From positions 22,118-68,683 of the forward strand of contig JADFCV010000012.1 of assembly GCA_017161655.1 (NCBI GenBank): DNA of 46,566 nt. Reading direction: 5' to 3'. The notes beneath the pieces are model-generated. The model saw only the letters and a program-made list of their open reading frames with translations, ran no database searches and had not been told where the DNA came from. Positions 38,558 to 46,566 of this stretch are shown here, piece by piece. Position numbers and translations under genes: made by a program. The first letter of the stretch is position 1; the number at the start of each line of letters is the position of its first letter. This DNA is from Candidatus Sumerlaeota bacterium. Lineage in GTDB: Bacteria > Sumerlaeota > Sumerlaeia > Sumerlaeales > Sumerlaeaceae.

Positions 38558-40405
38558 GTGATGAAAAACGTGCGATCGAGAAGTGCAATACATTGGGGAA
38601 GTGGTCCGGCGATGATGCAGTGGCAGATCTTGGCGACCGTAGTTGGCGCGATGGTGCTATTTGGGGCGCCTCTCAATGGATGGGCTCTTCCGGGGTGGTT
38701 GACAAGCTATAAGGCCGGATTGGCGCAAGCGCAACGGGAGGGCCGCCCTTTGATTATAGATTTCGGCAGCGCAACTTGTCCCGCATGTCGCATGCTTGAG
38801 AGTCGCACCCTTCGGGATGAGCGCGTTCAGGGCGAGCTTGATAACTTTGTCCGGGTCTACATTGATGGGAATGAGCAGGTAAGTCTGCGCGAGAGTTTTG
38901 GAGTTCAATACTACCCGACCGTTGTTTATCTCTCGCCGGAGGGGAAGGTCATCAAACGTCATGTGGGGTACGTGGGCCCTGATGAGATGTTACAGGTGCT
39001 GCGTACGGTTGCAAACAACGTACAAAAAACCCCGAAGGACCGCGCGATTGCTGGTTCCTCCGTCCAAAAGATCGTGCCTGAAGCGCCGGCACATGCACAG
39101 CCGGGAAAAGGGCCAAACAAGGGCATCGGCAATCTTTACGAAAGTGTTGCAGCATCTGGAGCAAAGCAGGATGCGATCCAAAAGGGACGCGAAGTGGCTG
39201 TAGTGCCGGCAGTTCGCGCAGAGCAGAATACGCGGATCGATCTGGTGGGACGCGAAGCCAATGGTGCGAGGTGGGCTGGCGGAGGGGGAGAAGAGAAGGT
39301 GGTGGCGCAAGCGCTGCCTATGCCAAAGAATATCGAGACGCCTGCACCGCTCGTGAACATTAAGCCGGAGACTACGCCAGAAGCGCCGAAAGCAACTGCA
39401 ACACCCGTGTCCACGGCACCACCGGCCCAGGGAGCAAAGTCGGCGCTGCCGGAGTCGATTAAAAAGTTACAATCGCAATCGCCTCGTGCGCCCAAGACTG
39501 AGAGCACGAGGGAAGAGCCGACCCCCGTGCCGTCGGCTTCGGCAGAAGGAAAGGTCGCTGCAAAAGCCCCGTCTGAGAAGACGCAAACAGGCACTGCTTC
39601 AACGAAAGCTTCGCCGAAACATGCGCCGGCCCAGGCAATCAAAGAAGAGTCAGCGGCCGAAGAGAAAAAAGCCCCCACCGAGAGCGCAAAAGCAGCATCA
39701 AAATCTCGCGGGAGCGGGGAAGTCACCGCCAAGGATATTGAGGAATGGTTTGCTGATGCGGAGAGCAAGCTGGTGGCTGGCTACAAAAAAGAAGCGCGGG
39801 CAATGTACGCCAAGATCGTCGAACGTGACCCCTCAAATAAGTTTGGAAAGAGCGATCTTGCGTTTATTAAGATGGTGGCGCTCATGGTGGACCGCGAGGA
39901 CGATCAGCTGCGCCGCGCGGCCCACGCGAAAATCAAGGAGTTCCTGAAGCGTTTTCCTGAGTCAGCCAACAAAGACTATTACACGGTTGTCCGAGCAATT
40001 CTCGCAGCAGATCTTGGCGACTATGCCGAAGCCCATGCCTTACTGGACCGCTTTCCTGAGGAGTTTCCAAATTCGCGGTACCAGGATTTAGCACGGGCAG
40101 TGTGGGAAGAGCTGCCCAAGGATGCAAAGAGCTTACAGAAGCGCCCCCAAGTTGATCGCACGGCGAGCAATCGCAAGCCGACGTCAACCGTCACGAGCTC
40201 AAAGAAAACGTCGAGTGAATCGAGTTCAAAATCGGCTACCACGAAGAGCAAGTCGGCTGGGACGGCCTCCACTTCGAAAAGCAGTTCCACTGCCCGCAAA
40301 ACAGGTGGTTCCGACAGCTCTTCAAAACGGGATGTTAGCAAGAGCAAATCTTCGTCCGCGTCCAAAACGAAATCGAGCGGCTCGACCTCGGCCAGCAAGC
40401 AGTAG
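38558..40405 (+). CDS. Exported thioredoxin-family protein (CPAC) with long Ala/Pro/Lys linker, TPR-like domain and Ser/Lys/Thr-rich tail
   Basis: Signal peptide; W...AQREGRPLIIDF.SATCPAC...FGVQYYPT; TPR/BamD-like helices (FLKRFPES, FPEEFPNSRY); low-complexity C-terminus. Confidence 0.8.
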   Translation: MMKNVRSRSAIHWGSGPAMMQWQILATVVGAMVLFGAPLNGWALPGWLTSYKAGLAQAQREGRPLIIDFGSATCPACRMLESRTLRDERVQGELDNFVRVYIDGNEQVSLRESFGVQYYPTVVYLSPEGKVIKRHVGYVGPDEMLQVLRTVANNVQKTPKDRAIAGSSVQKIVPEAPAHAQPGKGPNKGIGNLYESVAASGAKQDAIQKGREVAVVPAVRAEQNTRIDLVGREANGARWAGGGGEEKVVAQALPMPKNIETPAPLVNIKPETTPEAPKATATPVSTAPPAQGAKSALPESIKKLQSQSPRAPKTESTREEPTPVPSASAEGKVAAKAPSEKTQTGTASTKASPKHAPAQAIKEESAAEEKKAPTESAKAASKSRGSGEVTAKDIEEWFADAESKLVAGYKKEARAMYAKIVERDPSNKFGKSDLAFIKMVALMVDREDDQLRRAAHAKIKEFLKRFPESANKDYYTVVRAILAADLGDYAEAHALLDRFPEEFPNSRYQDLARAVWEELPKDAKSLQKRPQVDRTASNRKPTSTVTSSKKTSSESSSKSATTKSKSAGTASTSKSSSTARKTGGSDSSSKRDVSKSKSSSASKTKSSGSTSASKQ

Positions 40406-40556
40406 TGCCGCCGAATGTTTCCAGATGCGGCCACGAGATCTTCACAGCATTCCTTTCTTCACTGCTACACGTGGCTGATGGGCGGGCGGGGAGCAACGCA
40501 CTGTCGCAATCGGAGAATTACCGCTCAATGTCTCAGAGCGGGAGCGCGAGCACAGA

Positions 40557-42647
40557 ATGAGTTTTGAACTTGTCACCTCATTCGAACCTAAAGGCGATCA
40601 GCCTCAGGCGATTGATTCGCTTTGTGCGAACCTTGAACGTGGCATTCGTCATCAGGTGCTGCTCGGGGTGACAGGAAGCGGCAAGACGTTCACGATGGCG
40701 AACGTCATTGCTCGCATGAATCGCCCCACGCTTGTGCTAGCCCACAACAAGACACTCGCCGCTCAGCTTTACCGCGAGTTCAAAGAGCTTTTCCCCCATA
40801 ACGCGGTGGAGTATTTTGTTAGCTATTACGATTATTATCAGCCCGAAGCCTACATTCCCCAGACCGACACGTATATCGAGAAAGATGCGGCGATCAATGA
40901 GGAGCTCGACAAGATGCGCCTTGCCGCCACGAAGCATTTGCTCGAGCGCCGCGACGTGATCATTGTGGCAAGCGTCTCGTGCATTTATGGCATCGGTTCG
41001 CCAACAGATTTCCATATGATGGTGGTGTACGTTGAGGAGGGACAGCGCATCTCGCGCGCTGATCTGCTGCGCCACCTCGCTGACATTCAATACGAGCGCA
41101 ATGATTTCGATTTTCGCCGAGGGACGTTTCGAGTCCGCGGCGATGTTATTGATGTCTTCCCCGCCTACGAAGAGAGCCTGGCTCTACGTGTGGAACTCTT
41201 TGGCAATGAGATCGAGGCTATCTATGAAATTGACGCGCTCACAGGCCACCGCCAGCGCCGGTTGAAGCGTGCTCTAATTTATCCCACGTCGCACTACGTG
41301 ACATCGCGAGAGAATCTCGAGCGTGCCATCGCTTCGATTCGCGAGGAGCTGGAGTTACGGCTCGATGAGTTGCGGCGGCAGAACAAAATTGTGGAGGCGC
41401 AACGGCTCGAGCAGCGTACTCTCTACGATTTGGAAATGCTTGAGACCGTCGGCTACTGCCAGGGAATCGAAAACTATTCACGTCATCTCACCGGGCGCAA
41501 ACCAGGCGAACCGCCATACACGTTACTCGATTACTTCCCCAGGGACTTCCTTGTGTTTATCGATGAGAGCCACGTCACTTTACCGCAGCTTCGCGGGATG
41601 TACGAGGGGGACCGTTCTCGCAAGCAGGTGCTCGTGGATTATGGTTTCCGGCTTCCAAGTGCCCTGGACAATCGGCCCCTGAAAATCCACGAGTTTGAAG
41701 AGCGCGTGAATCAGGTCATTTATGTGAGCGCGACTCCAGCGGAAACCGAGCTACAAAAGTCGGGCGGCATCGTGGTCGAGCAGCTTGTGAGGCCGACAGG
41801 TCTCATAGATCCGCGTATCGAAATTCGTCCGGCGCAAGGGCAGGTCGAAGATGCGATTCACGAGATCCGCGCCCGTATCGGACGGGGCGAGCGGGTTTTG
41901 ATTACTGTGCTCACCAAGCGGATGGCCGAGGATCTCACGGATTATCTTTGTGAGCTTGGAATAGCGGCGAAGTACATGCACTCGGATATTGATGCCATTG
42001 AGCGTACGGAGATCATTCGGGATCTGCGCCTCGGTAAGTTTGATGTGCTTGTGGGGATCAACCTCTTAAGAGAGGGGCTTGATCTGCCGGAAGTTTCGCT
42101 CGTGCTCATTTTCGACGCGGATAAAGAGGGATTCTTGCGGGGGCGTACGGCGCTCATCCAAACCTGCGGGCGCGCGGCACGAAACGTCAACGGGACGGTG
42201 ATCATGTACGCCGACGTGATGACAAAGGCTATACGCGAGACGGTTGAGGAAACAGAACGACGACGCGCCAAGCAGATCGAGTACAACCGCCAGCACGGCA
42301 TCACCCCCCAGACGATCAAAAAAGAAATCAAAACGATCCTCGAGACAGTTTACGAGGCCGACTATCCCGAGCTGCCTTTAGTAGCGGAATCGGAGGGGGA
42401 GTATTTGAGCGCTGCGGAGGTTGCGAAGGTTATCGAGCGTCTCCGGCAAGACATGCGCGAGGCTGCATCACGCCTGGAGTTTGAAAAGGCTGCCGAGCTG
42501 CGCGATCGCATTTTGTACCTAGAAGAGCAAATGCGTCAGGGCGGCGACGTTGTGGCCGTCCCCAAGACCATTCCCCGCAAGAACTTTCAGCCGCAACGTG
42601 CCGACCTCGATCGGCGCAAATCAGGCGCCCGGCGATCTCGCGGTTAA
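40557..42647 (+). CDS. uvrB: Excinuclease ABC subunit B
   Basis: [50 protein letters not shown]-terminal UVR motif [11 protein letters not shown]. Confidence 0.98.
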   Translation: MSFELVTSFEPKGDQPQAIDSLCANLERGIRHQVLLGVTGSGKTFTMANVIARMNRPTLVLAHNKTLAAQLYREFKELFPHNAVEYFVSYYDYYQPEAYIPQTDTYIEKDAAINEELDKMRLAATKHLLERRDVIIVASVSCIYGIGSPTDFHMMVVYVEEGQRISRADLLRHLADIQYERNDFDFRRGTFRVRGDVIDVFPAYEESLALRVELFGNEIEAIYEIDALTGHRQRRLKRALIYPTSHYVTSRENLERAIASIREELELRLDELRRQNKIVEAQRLEQRTLYDLEMLETVGYCQGIENYSRHLTGRKPGEPPYTLLDYFPRDFLVFIDESHVTLPQLRGMYEGDRSRKQVLVDYGFRLPSALDNRPLKIHEFEERVNQVIYVSATPAETELQKSGGIVVEQLVRPTGLIDPRIEIRPAQGQVEDAIHEIRARIGRGERVLITVLTKRMAEDLTDYLCELGIAAKYMHSDIDAIERTEIIRDLRLGKFDVLVGINLLREGLDLPEVSLVLIFDADKEGFLRGRTALIQTCGRAARNVNGTVIMYADVMTKAIRETVEETERRRAKQIEYNRQHGITPQTIKKEIKTILETVYEADYPELPLVAESEGEYLSAAEVAKVIERLRQDMREAASRLEFEKAAELRDRILYLEEQMRQGGDVVAVPKTIPRKNFQPQRADLDRRKSGARRSRG

Positions 42648-43051
42648 ACAGCCCCTGTGTGGTCTTTGCCGAAACAGGGAAGTTGTTGCGACACCTTGAG
42701 AAGAATCTTCAATTCGGGGCGGCTCCGTTTGGGTGAGTCGTGTCTCCGTGCGATTGCCACACCCCTAAATCCGTACGCGCAAACGATGTTTTCAGGATAG
42801 CTGAAGCGGCTTTTCCTTCATCCGGAGGAGATGGCCTAAGTCCAATGCGTAGCCTATTCCCGCAACCAATAAGGAAGCTTTCGGAAGTCTCGGTAAGGAG
42901 ATGACAACACTAGAGAACGAAATGTTTTTGCTCTCGACTTTTGAGAAAAAGGTCGCCCGCCACATCATCACGCAAAGAAATGTCGTGTCACACTGCCAGA
43001 ACGGCAGTGTGGAACGAGAAACGACCGCCAAGAAAAAACGCGTGCTAATGC

Positions 43052-43273
43052 CTAGTCAATAAGCTCAGCCAATTTGGAAACAAGCTCTTCTTTTTCTTTT
43101 GCAGCCGCCTCGAGCTGGGCCACTTTGGCTTCGAGCTCCGCAATTTTCCCCTTTAGCTCCTCGATCGTCATCTCTTTTTCGTGTATCTGCTTTTGCTGCT
43201 CAACGATGACTTCGTTCTGCTCGGCGATCTTGGCCTGAACGCGTTTGATGATTTCTTCTGTGGAGAGGCTCAT
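43052..43273 (-). CDS. Small coiled-coil protein
   Basis: 73 aa from ATG 43273 with an AAGGGAG SD; heptad-rich (IEELKGKIAELEAKVAQLEAAAKEKEELVSKL). Confidence 0.75.
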   Translation of the reverse strand: MSLSTEEIIKRVQAKIAEQNEVIVEQQKQIHEKEMTIEELKGKIAELEAKVAQLEAAAKEKEELVSKLAELID

Positions 43274-43402
43274 AGTGCTCCCTTTTTCGATCAAGTTTCA
43301 CTTTCTCTTGTTGAACGAGTTCCGCAGGAAATCAAGCGTATTTGATGCGCGGTGGAGTAGTATGCATTTGGAGCATTGTCATAGGAGACCGAGCACTAAA
43401 GG

Positions 43403-45757
43403 TTGCGAGCAACGATGATCTTTGACGAAGAAGTTCTTGAATTTGGGCGCATTCGTGAACTGGTCGCCAGCCATTGCGTGAGCGATTTAGGGCGGCGACG
43501 TGTGGCAGAGGTTCAGCCGCGTACGGATCGAGAGGAAATCGAGCGCGAGATGGAGCTCGTGCGCGAGATGATGAATCTGATCGCCCGACGACGCGAGCCG
43601 CCCATTCATGGTCTCCGCGATGTTGCCGGTCACATCGCCCGCGTTGCTCGCGAGCGCGCGATTCTCGAACCTGTCGAGCTACTCGACATCAAAGAATTCT
43701 TAGAAACGGCTCGCTATTTGCAGCAATTTTTTGAGTCCGAAGCTGTGGAAGCCCCGCGCCTGGCTGAGCTGGGCCGCTCGCTCGAATCGTTGCCTTCCCT
43801 GCGCCGCTCTATTGAAGAGAAAATCGCGCCGGATGGCACGGTGCGCGACAGTGCAAGTGAAGCGCTGCGCATCGTTCGCCGTGAGATTTTTGCCTGCGAG
43901 CAACGCATTCAGGCGGTTCTCCAACGGATGATCCGCGAGCTTACAGAAAGCGGGGATTTGCAGGACAGCTTCTTCACGTTGCGCAATAGTCGCTACGTGC
44001 TGCCGGTGAAAACGACGAACCGCAATCGCGTGCCTGGTCTCATTCATGATTCATCAAATACGGGTGAAACGGTCTTCATCGAGCCTTATGCGATTCTTGA
44101 GGACTCGAATCGACTGAGCGAATTGCGGGTGAAGGAGCGGGAGGAGATTTATCGCATTCTGCTGCGCGTTGCGGGGCACATGCGTGACGAGCTGCCCGTG
44201 TTGCAGACCGACCTCGTGATTCTCACAGAGCTCGACTACATCTATGGGAAGGCTCGTTTCGGATTACAGTATGGCTGTGCTTTCCCCAAGCTTCTGGCTC
44301 CGGGCCGTCCAGTCCGCCTAAGGCAGGCCCATCATCCGTTGTTGCGGGCGGCTTCACCTGACCAATCCAGGCCATTGACGCTCGAGCTCGAACCCCAGAA
44401 CAAGGTGCTCGTTATCACGGGTCCGAACGCGGGAGGCAAAACGACCGCCCTGAAAACGATTGGGCTGACTGTTCTCATGACCCAGTGCGCAATCCCTGCA
44501 CCCATGGCGCCAGATAGTGCCATTCCTGTTTTCAGCGATGTGCTGGCGGATATCGGGGACGAGCAAAGCGTCCTTGAGGGGATGAGCACGTTCAGCGCGC
44601 ATATGCAACGCATTGCACGCATTTTGCGCCAGGCGGGGCGAGCGTCGCTGGTCCTTCTTGACGAGTTAGGAACAGCCACAGATCCGGCCGAGGGCGGTGC
44701 TCTTGCCGTTGCGATTCTAGAACGGCTTGCCGAGAACGCCGGGCTTACGGTCGTGTCCACACATCTTGCGGTGCTCAAGAATTGGGCCGAGGAACACCCC
44801 GGTGGGCGCAATGCATCATTTCGCCTCTCGCATGTGGATCATCGTCCGACGTTCCAGCTCATACTCGATCTTCCCGGCATCAGTGAGGCTTTTGTCATCG
44901 CGGAGCAGGTAGGGCTTCCTGCTGCTATTATTGAACGAGCAAGAGCCTTACGTCCGCAGGTCGAGCATGACGCCGCAGCTCTTCTCCTGTCGCTGCAGGC
45001 AAAGGAAGAGGAGCTGCAGCAACGGTTGGCTGAACTCGAGCGTCAGCGCGAAGAGCTTGAAATTGAGCGGACATTGCTCGCCGATGAGAAAAAGGTCCTG
45101 GAGGATCTGCGCCGCAAGCTGAGAAAGGAAATGCTGGCAGAAAAGGAGGCCGCATTGCGTGAGGCGAAGTCGCGGGTTGAGGAGCTCATCGCAAAGCAGC
45201 CGTCGAAGCAAGAACTCAACCGCGCACGCAAGGAACTGGAAACTCAGATTCGGCAAACCCAGGAGGAAGAAGCTGATTTGATGGAGCGACCAAGCGTGGA
45301 TATACGAGACCTGAAACAGGGAGCGCTTGTGCGGTTGCGAACGTTGCACGTCGAGGGCCGCATCGTGCGTGTGGATGAAAAGCGGCGCAGTGTGACCGTT
45401 GACGTGAGCGGCAAGCACTCCACCGTGCCACTCACTGAAATCGAAAGTGTGCTGAGCGAAGAGGTGGGGCCCAGGCAACAAAGTGCAACCATTGTCAAAG
45501 CAACCACTGCTTTTGGCGGCACGGTTGATTTGCACGGCAAGACCTGGGAGGAAGCTCGACCAATTCTCGAGAAGTTTCTTGACCAGGCAATTGTGCAGGG
45601 AGCGCGAACGATTCGCATTGTGCACGGTCACGGTAGCGGAGCCTTGCGCGAGGCCGTCAGAGAATTTCTTAAGAACGAACCGTATGTGGCAAATTTCTAT
45701 TTCGCGCCACCTGCGCAAGGCGGCACGGCAGCAACGATCGCAGAGCTGAAGGAATAG
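43403..45757 (+). CDS. mutS2: Endonuclease MutS2
   Basis: LEF..I, HDSSNTGETVFIEP, ITGPNAGGKT, DIGDEQS....STFSAH, LLDELG.ATDP.EG, C-terminal Smr domain (VDLHGK...IVHGHGSGALR). Confidence 0.96.
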   Translation: MRATMIFDEEVLEFGRIRELVASHCVSDLGRRRVAEVQPRTDREEIEREMELVREMMNLIARRREPPIHGLRDVAGHIARVARERAILEPVELLDIKEFLETARYLQQFFESEAVEAPRLAELGRSLESLPSLRRSIEEKIAPDGTVRDSASEALRIVRREIFACEQRIQAVLQRMIRELTESGDLQDSFFTLRNSRYVLPVKTTNRNRVPGLIHDSSNTGETVFIEPYAILEDSNRLSELRVKEREEIYRILLRVAGHMRDELPVLQTDLVILTELDYIYGKARFGLQYGCAFPKLLAPGRPVRLRQAHHPLLRAASPDQSRPLTLELEPQNKVLVITGPNAGGKTTALKTIGLTVLMTQCAIPAPMAPDSAIPVFSDVLADIGDEQSVLEGMSTFSAHMQRIARILRQAGRASLVLLDELGTATDPAEGGALAVAILERLAENAGLTVVSTHLAVLKNWAEEHPGGRNASFRLSHVDHRPTFQLILDLPGISEAFVIAEQVGLPAAIIERARALRPQVEHDAAALLLSLQAKEEELQQRLAELERQREELEIERTLLADEKKVLEDLRRKLRKEMLAEKEAALREAKSRVEELIAKQPSKQELNRARKELETQIRQTQEEEADLMERPSVDIRDLKQGALVRLRTLHVEGRIVRVDEKRRSVTVDVSGKHSTVPLTEIESVLSEEVGPRQQSATIVKATTAFGGTVDLHGKTWEEARPILEKFLDQAIVQGARTIRIVHGHGSGALREAVREFLKNEPYVANFYFAPPAQGGTAATIAELKE

Positions 45758-45844
45758 TCAGAAATTCCCCTGAAAATCTTATGTTTTTCCTAGCGACAGT
45801 GGTGCTTGCTTTGGCGTGGCGACCTATGCTAACTGAGAATCAAC

Positions 45845-46566
45845 ATGAGCAGCCACACGGGAAAAGACTATTCGCAGCAAGACGAAGAACGGCGGGACCG
45901 TGAATCACTGTGCCACGTCGAGGACTTTCAAGGGTTGGCAGAGTTGGCTGCTCATGCGTGTGGAACTTTGTGGGCTGGTATCGTTGCGGACCCAAACAGT
46001 GACTCGCCGTTGTGGGTCGCTTATGGCGCGGGGGCACCGGTTCTGGGACGTTCAGAAGCCTTGTGGCGGCTGGGATGCCAGGCAAAAGATATTCTGTGTT
46101 TCTCGCGAAATGGTGAGCGGGGGGAGATGCCAATTCCCAAGGCACTAACGGGTTCCGATCTGGGGCTGCTCGTCATTGTGCCGATCCTGGGTGAGGGTGA
46201 TCACTGCCTTGCGTTCCTGTGGCTTGCCGATCGGCGCTCACGGCAGGTTAATGCCTCGGAACTGCGTGTGCTGCATCTGATCACGGAGGAAATAAAGCTG
46301 CGACTAGAATTGCGAGAGCGCCTCCGTGAAAAACTGAATGCTATTCAGATGTTGCGCAAGCTCCATGAAGAACTGCGTCAAGTGAATCGCGAACTTATTA
46401 TGGCTCGCGACCGCGCGCTCGAGGGGGAGCGGGCCAAAGCGGTCTTTCTCACAAATCTGGGGCACGAGCTGCGAACGCCTCTCAATGCGATTTTAGGTTT
46501 CACGGAAATGTTGCTGGAGGAATCGCGTGAGATGGGACGCGATTCTTTCACGGTGCCGCTGGAACA
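45845..46566 (+). CDS. Sensor histidine kinase with GAF-like N-domain (3' end runs off the window)
   Basis: Not in the ORF track. Open frame from ATG 45845 to the end; GAF-like segment (LAELAAHACGT...IVPI...LWLADRRSR), coiled coil, H-box AKAVFLTNLGHELRTPLNAILGF. Confidence 0.9.
   Translation, partial: MSSHTGKDYSQQDEERRDRESLCHVEDFQGLAELAAHACGTLWAGIVADPNSDSPLWVAYGAGAPVLGRSEALWRLGCQAKDILCFSRNGERGEMPIPKALTGSDLGLLVIVPILGEGDHCLAFLWLADRRSRQVNASELRVLHLITEEIKLRLELRERLREKLNAIQMLRKLHEELRQVNRELIMARDRALEGERAKAVFLTNLGHELRTPLNAILGFTEMLLEESREMGRDSFTVPLE

Noticed and set aside
44948-45718. Long antisense ORFs (this one, also 7212..7937, 12804..13619, 34013..34780, 35257..36063)
   Set aside because: They lie opposite well-supported genes and are expected shadows in GC-rich coding DNA.

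Overview
A 46.6 kb stretch of a moderately GC-rich bacterial chromosome that is mostly housekeeping and envelope genes. Gene style is compatible with Candidatus Sumerlaeota/BRC1, but this is an unverified inference. Recognisable genes: moaE (truncated by the window edge), moaD, sucB, rseP, ilvC, uvrB, mutS2, a tRNA with CAU anticodon (Ile2 type), a Kef-type antiporter, a HAD phosphatase, a GH57/DUF3536 hydrolase, an NlpC/P60 peptidase, a cyclophilin, a TerB-like protein and a truncated GAF-histidine kinase. No CRISPR array, rRNA, transposase or integrase was seen. Most interesting: (i) two adjacent secreted proteins with different predicted carbohydrate-binding N-domains that share a cysteine-less (SxxS) thioredoxin-fold C-terminal module; (ii) a pilH/pilI/pilG-like ABC operon with no pilin nearby; (iii) a secreted beta-propeller repeat gene broken at a G9 tract, with a palindromic operator candidate and a possible C-terminal sorting motif; (iv) a DUF6599-DUF362-polyferredoxin-aldo/keto reductase cluster interrupted by a ~2.4 kb tandem duplication of a GT-C glycosyltransferase gene, each copy frameshifted at a different place; (v) long, hairpin-rich intergenic regions. 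All calls come from reading the sequence and motifs only; no searches were run.
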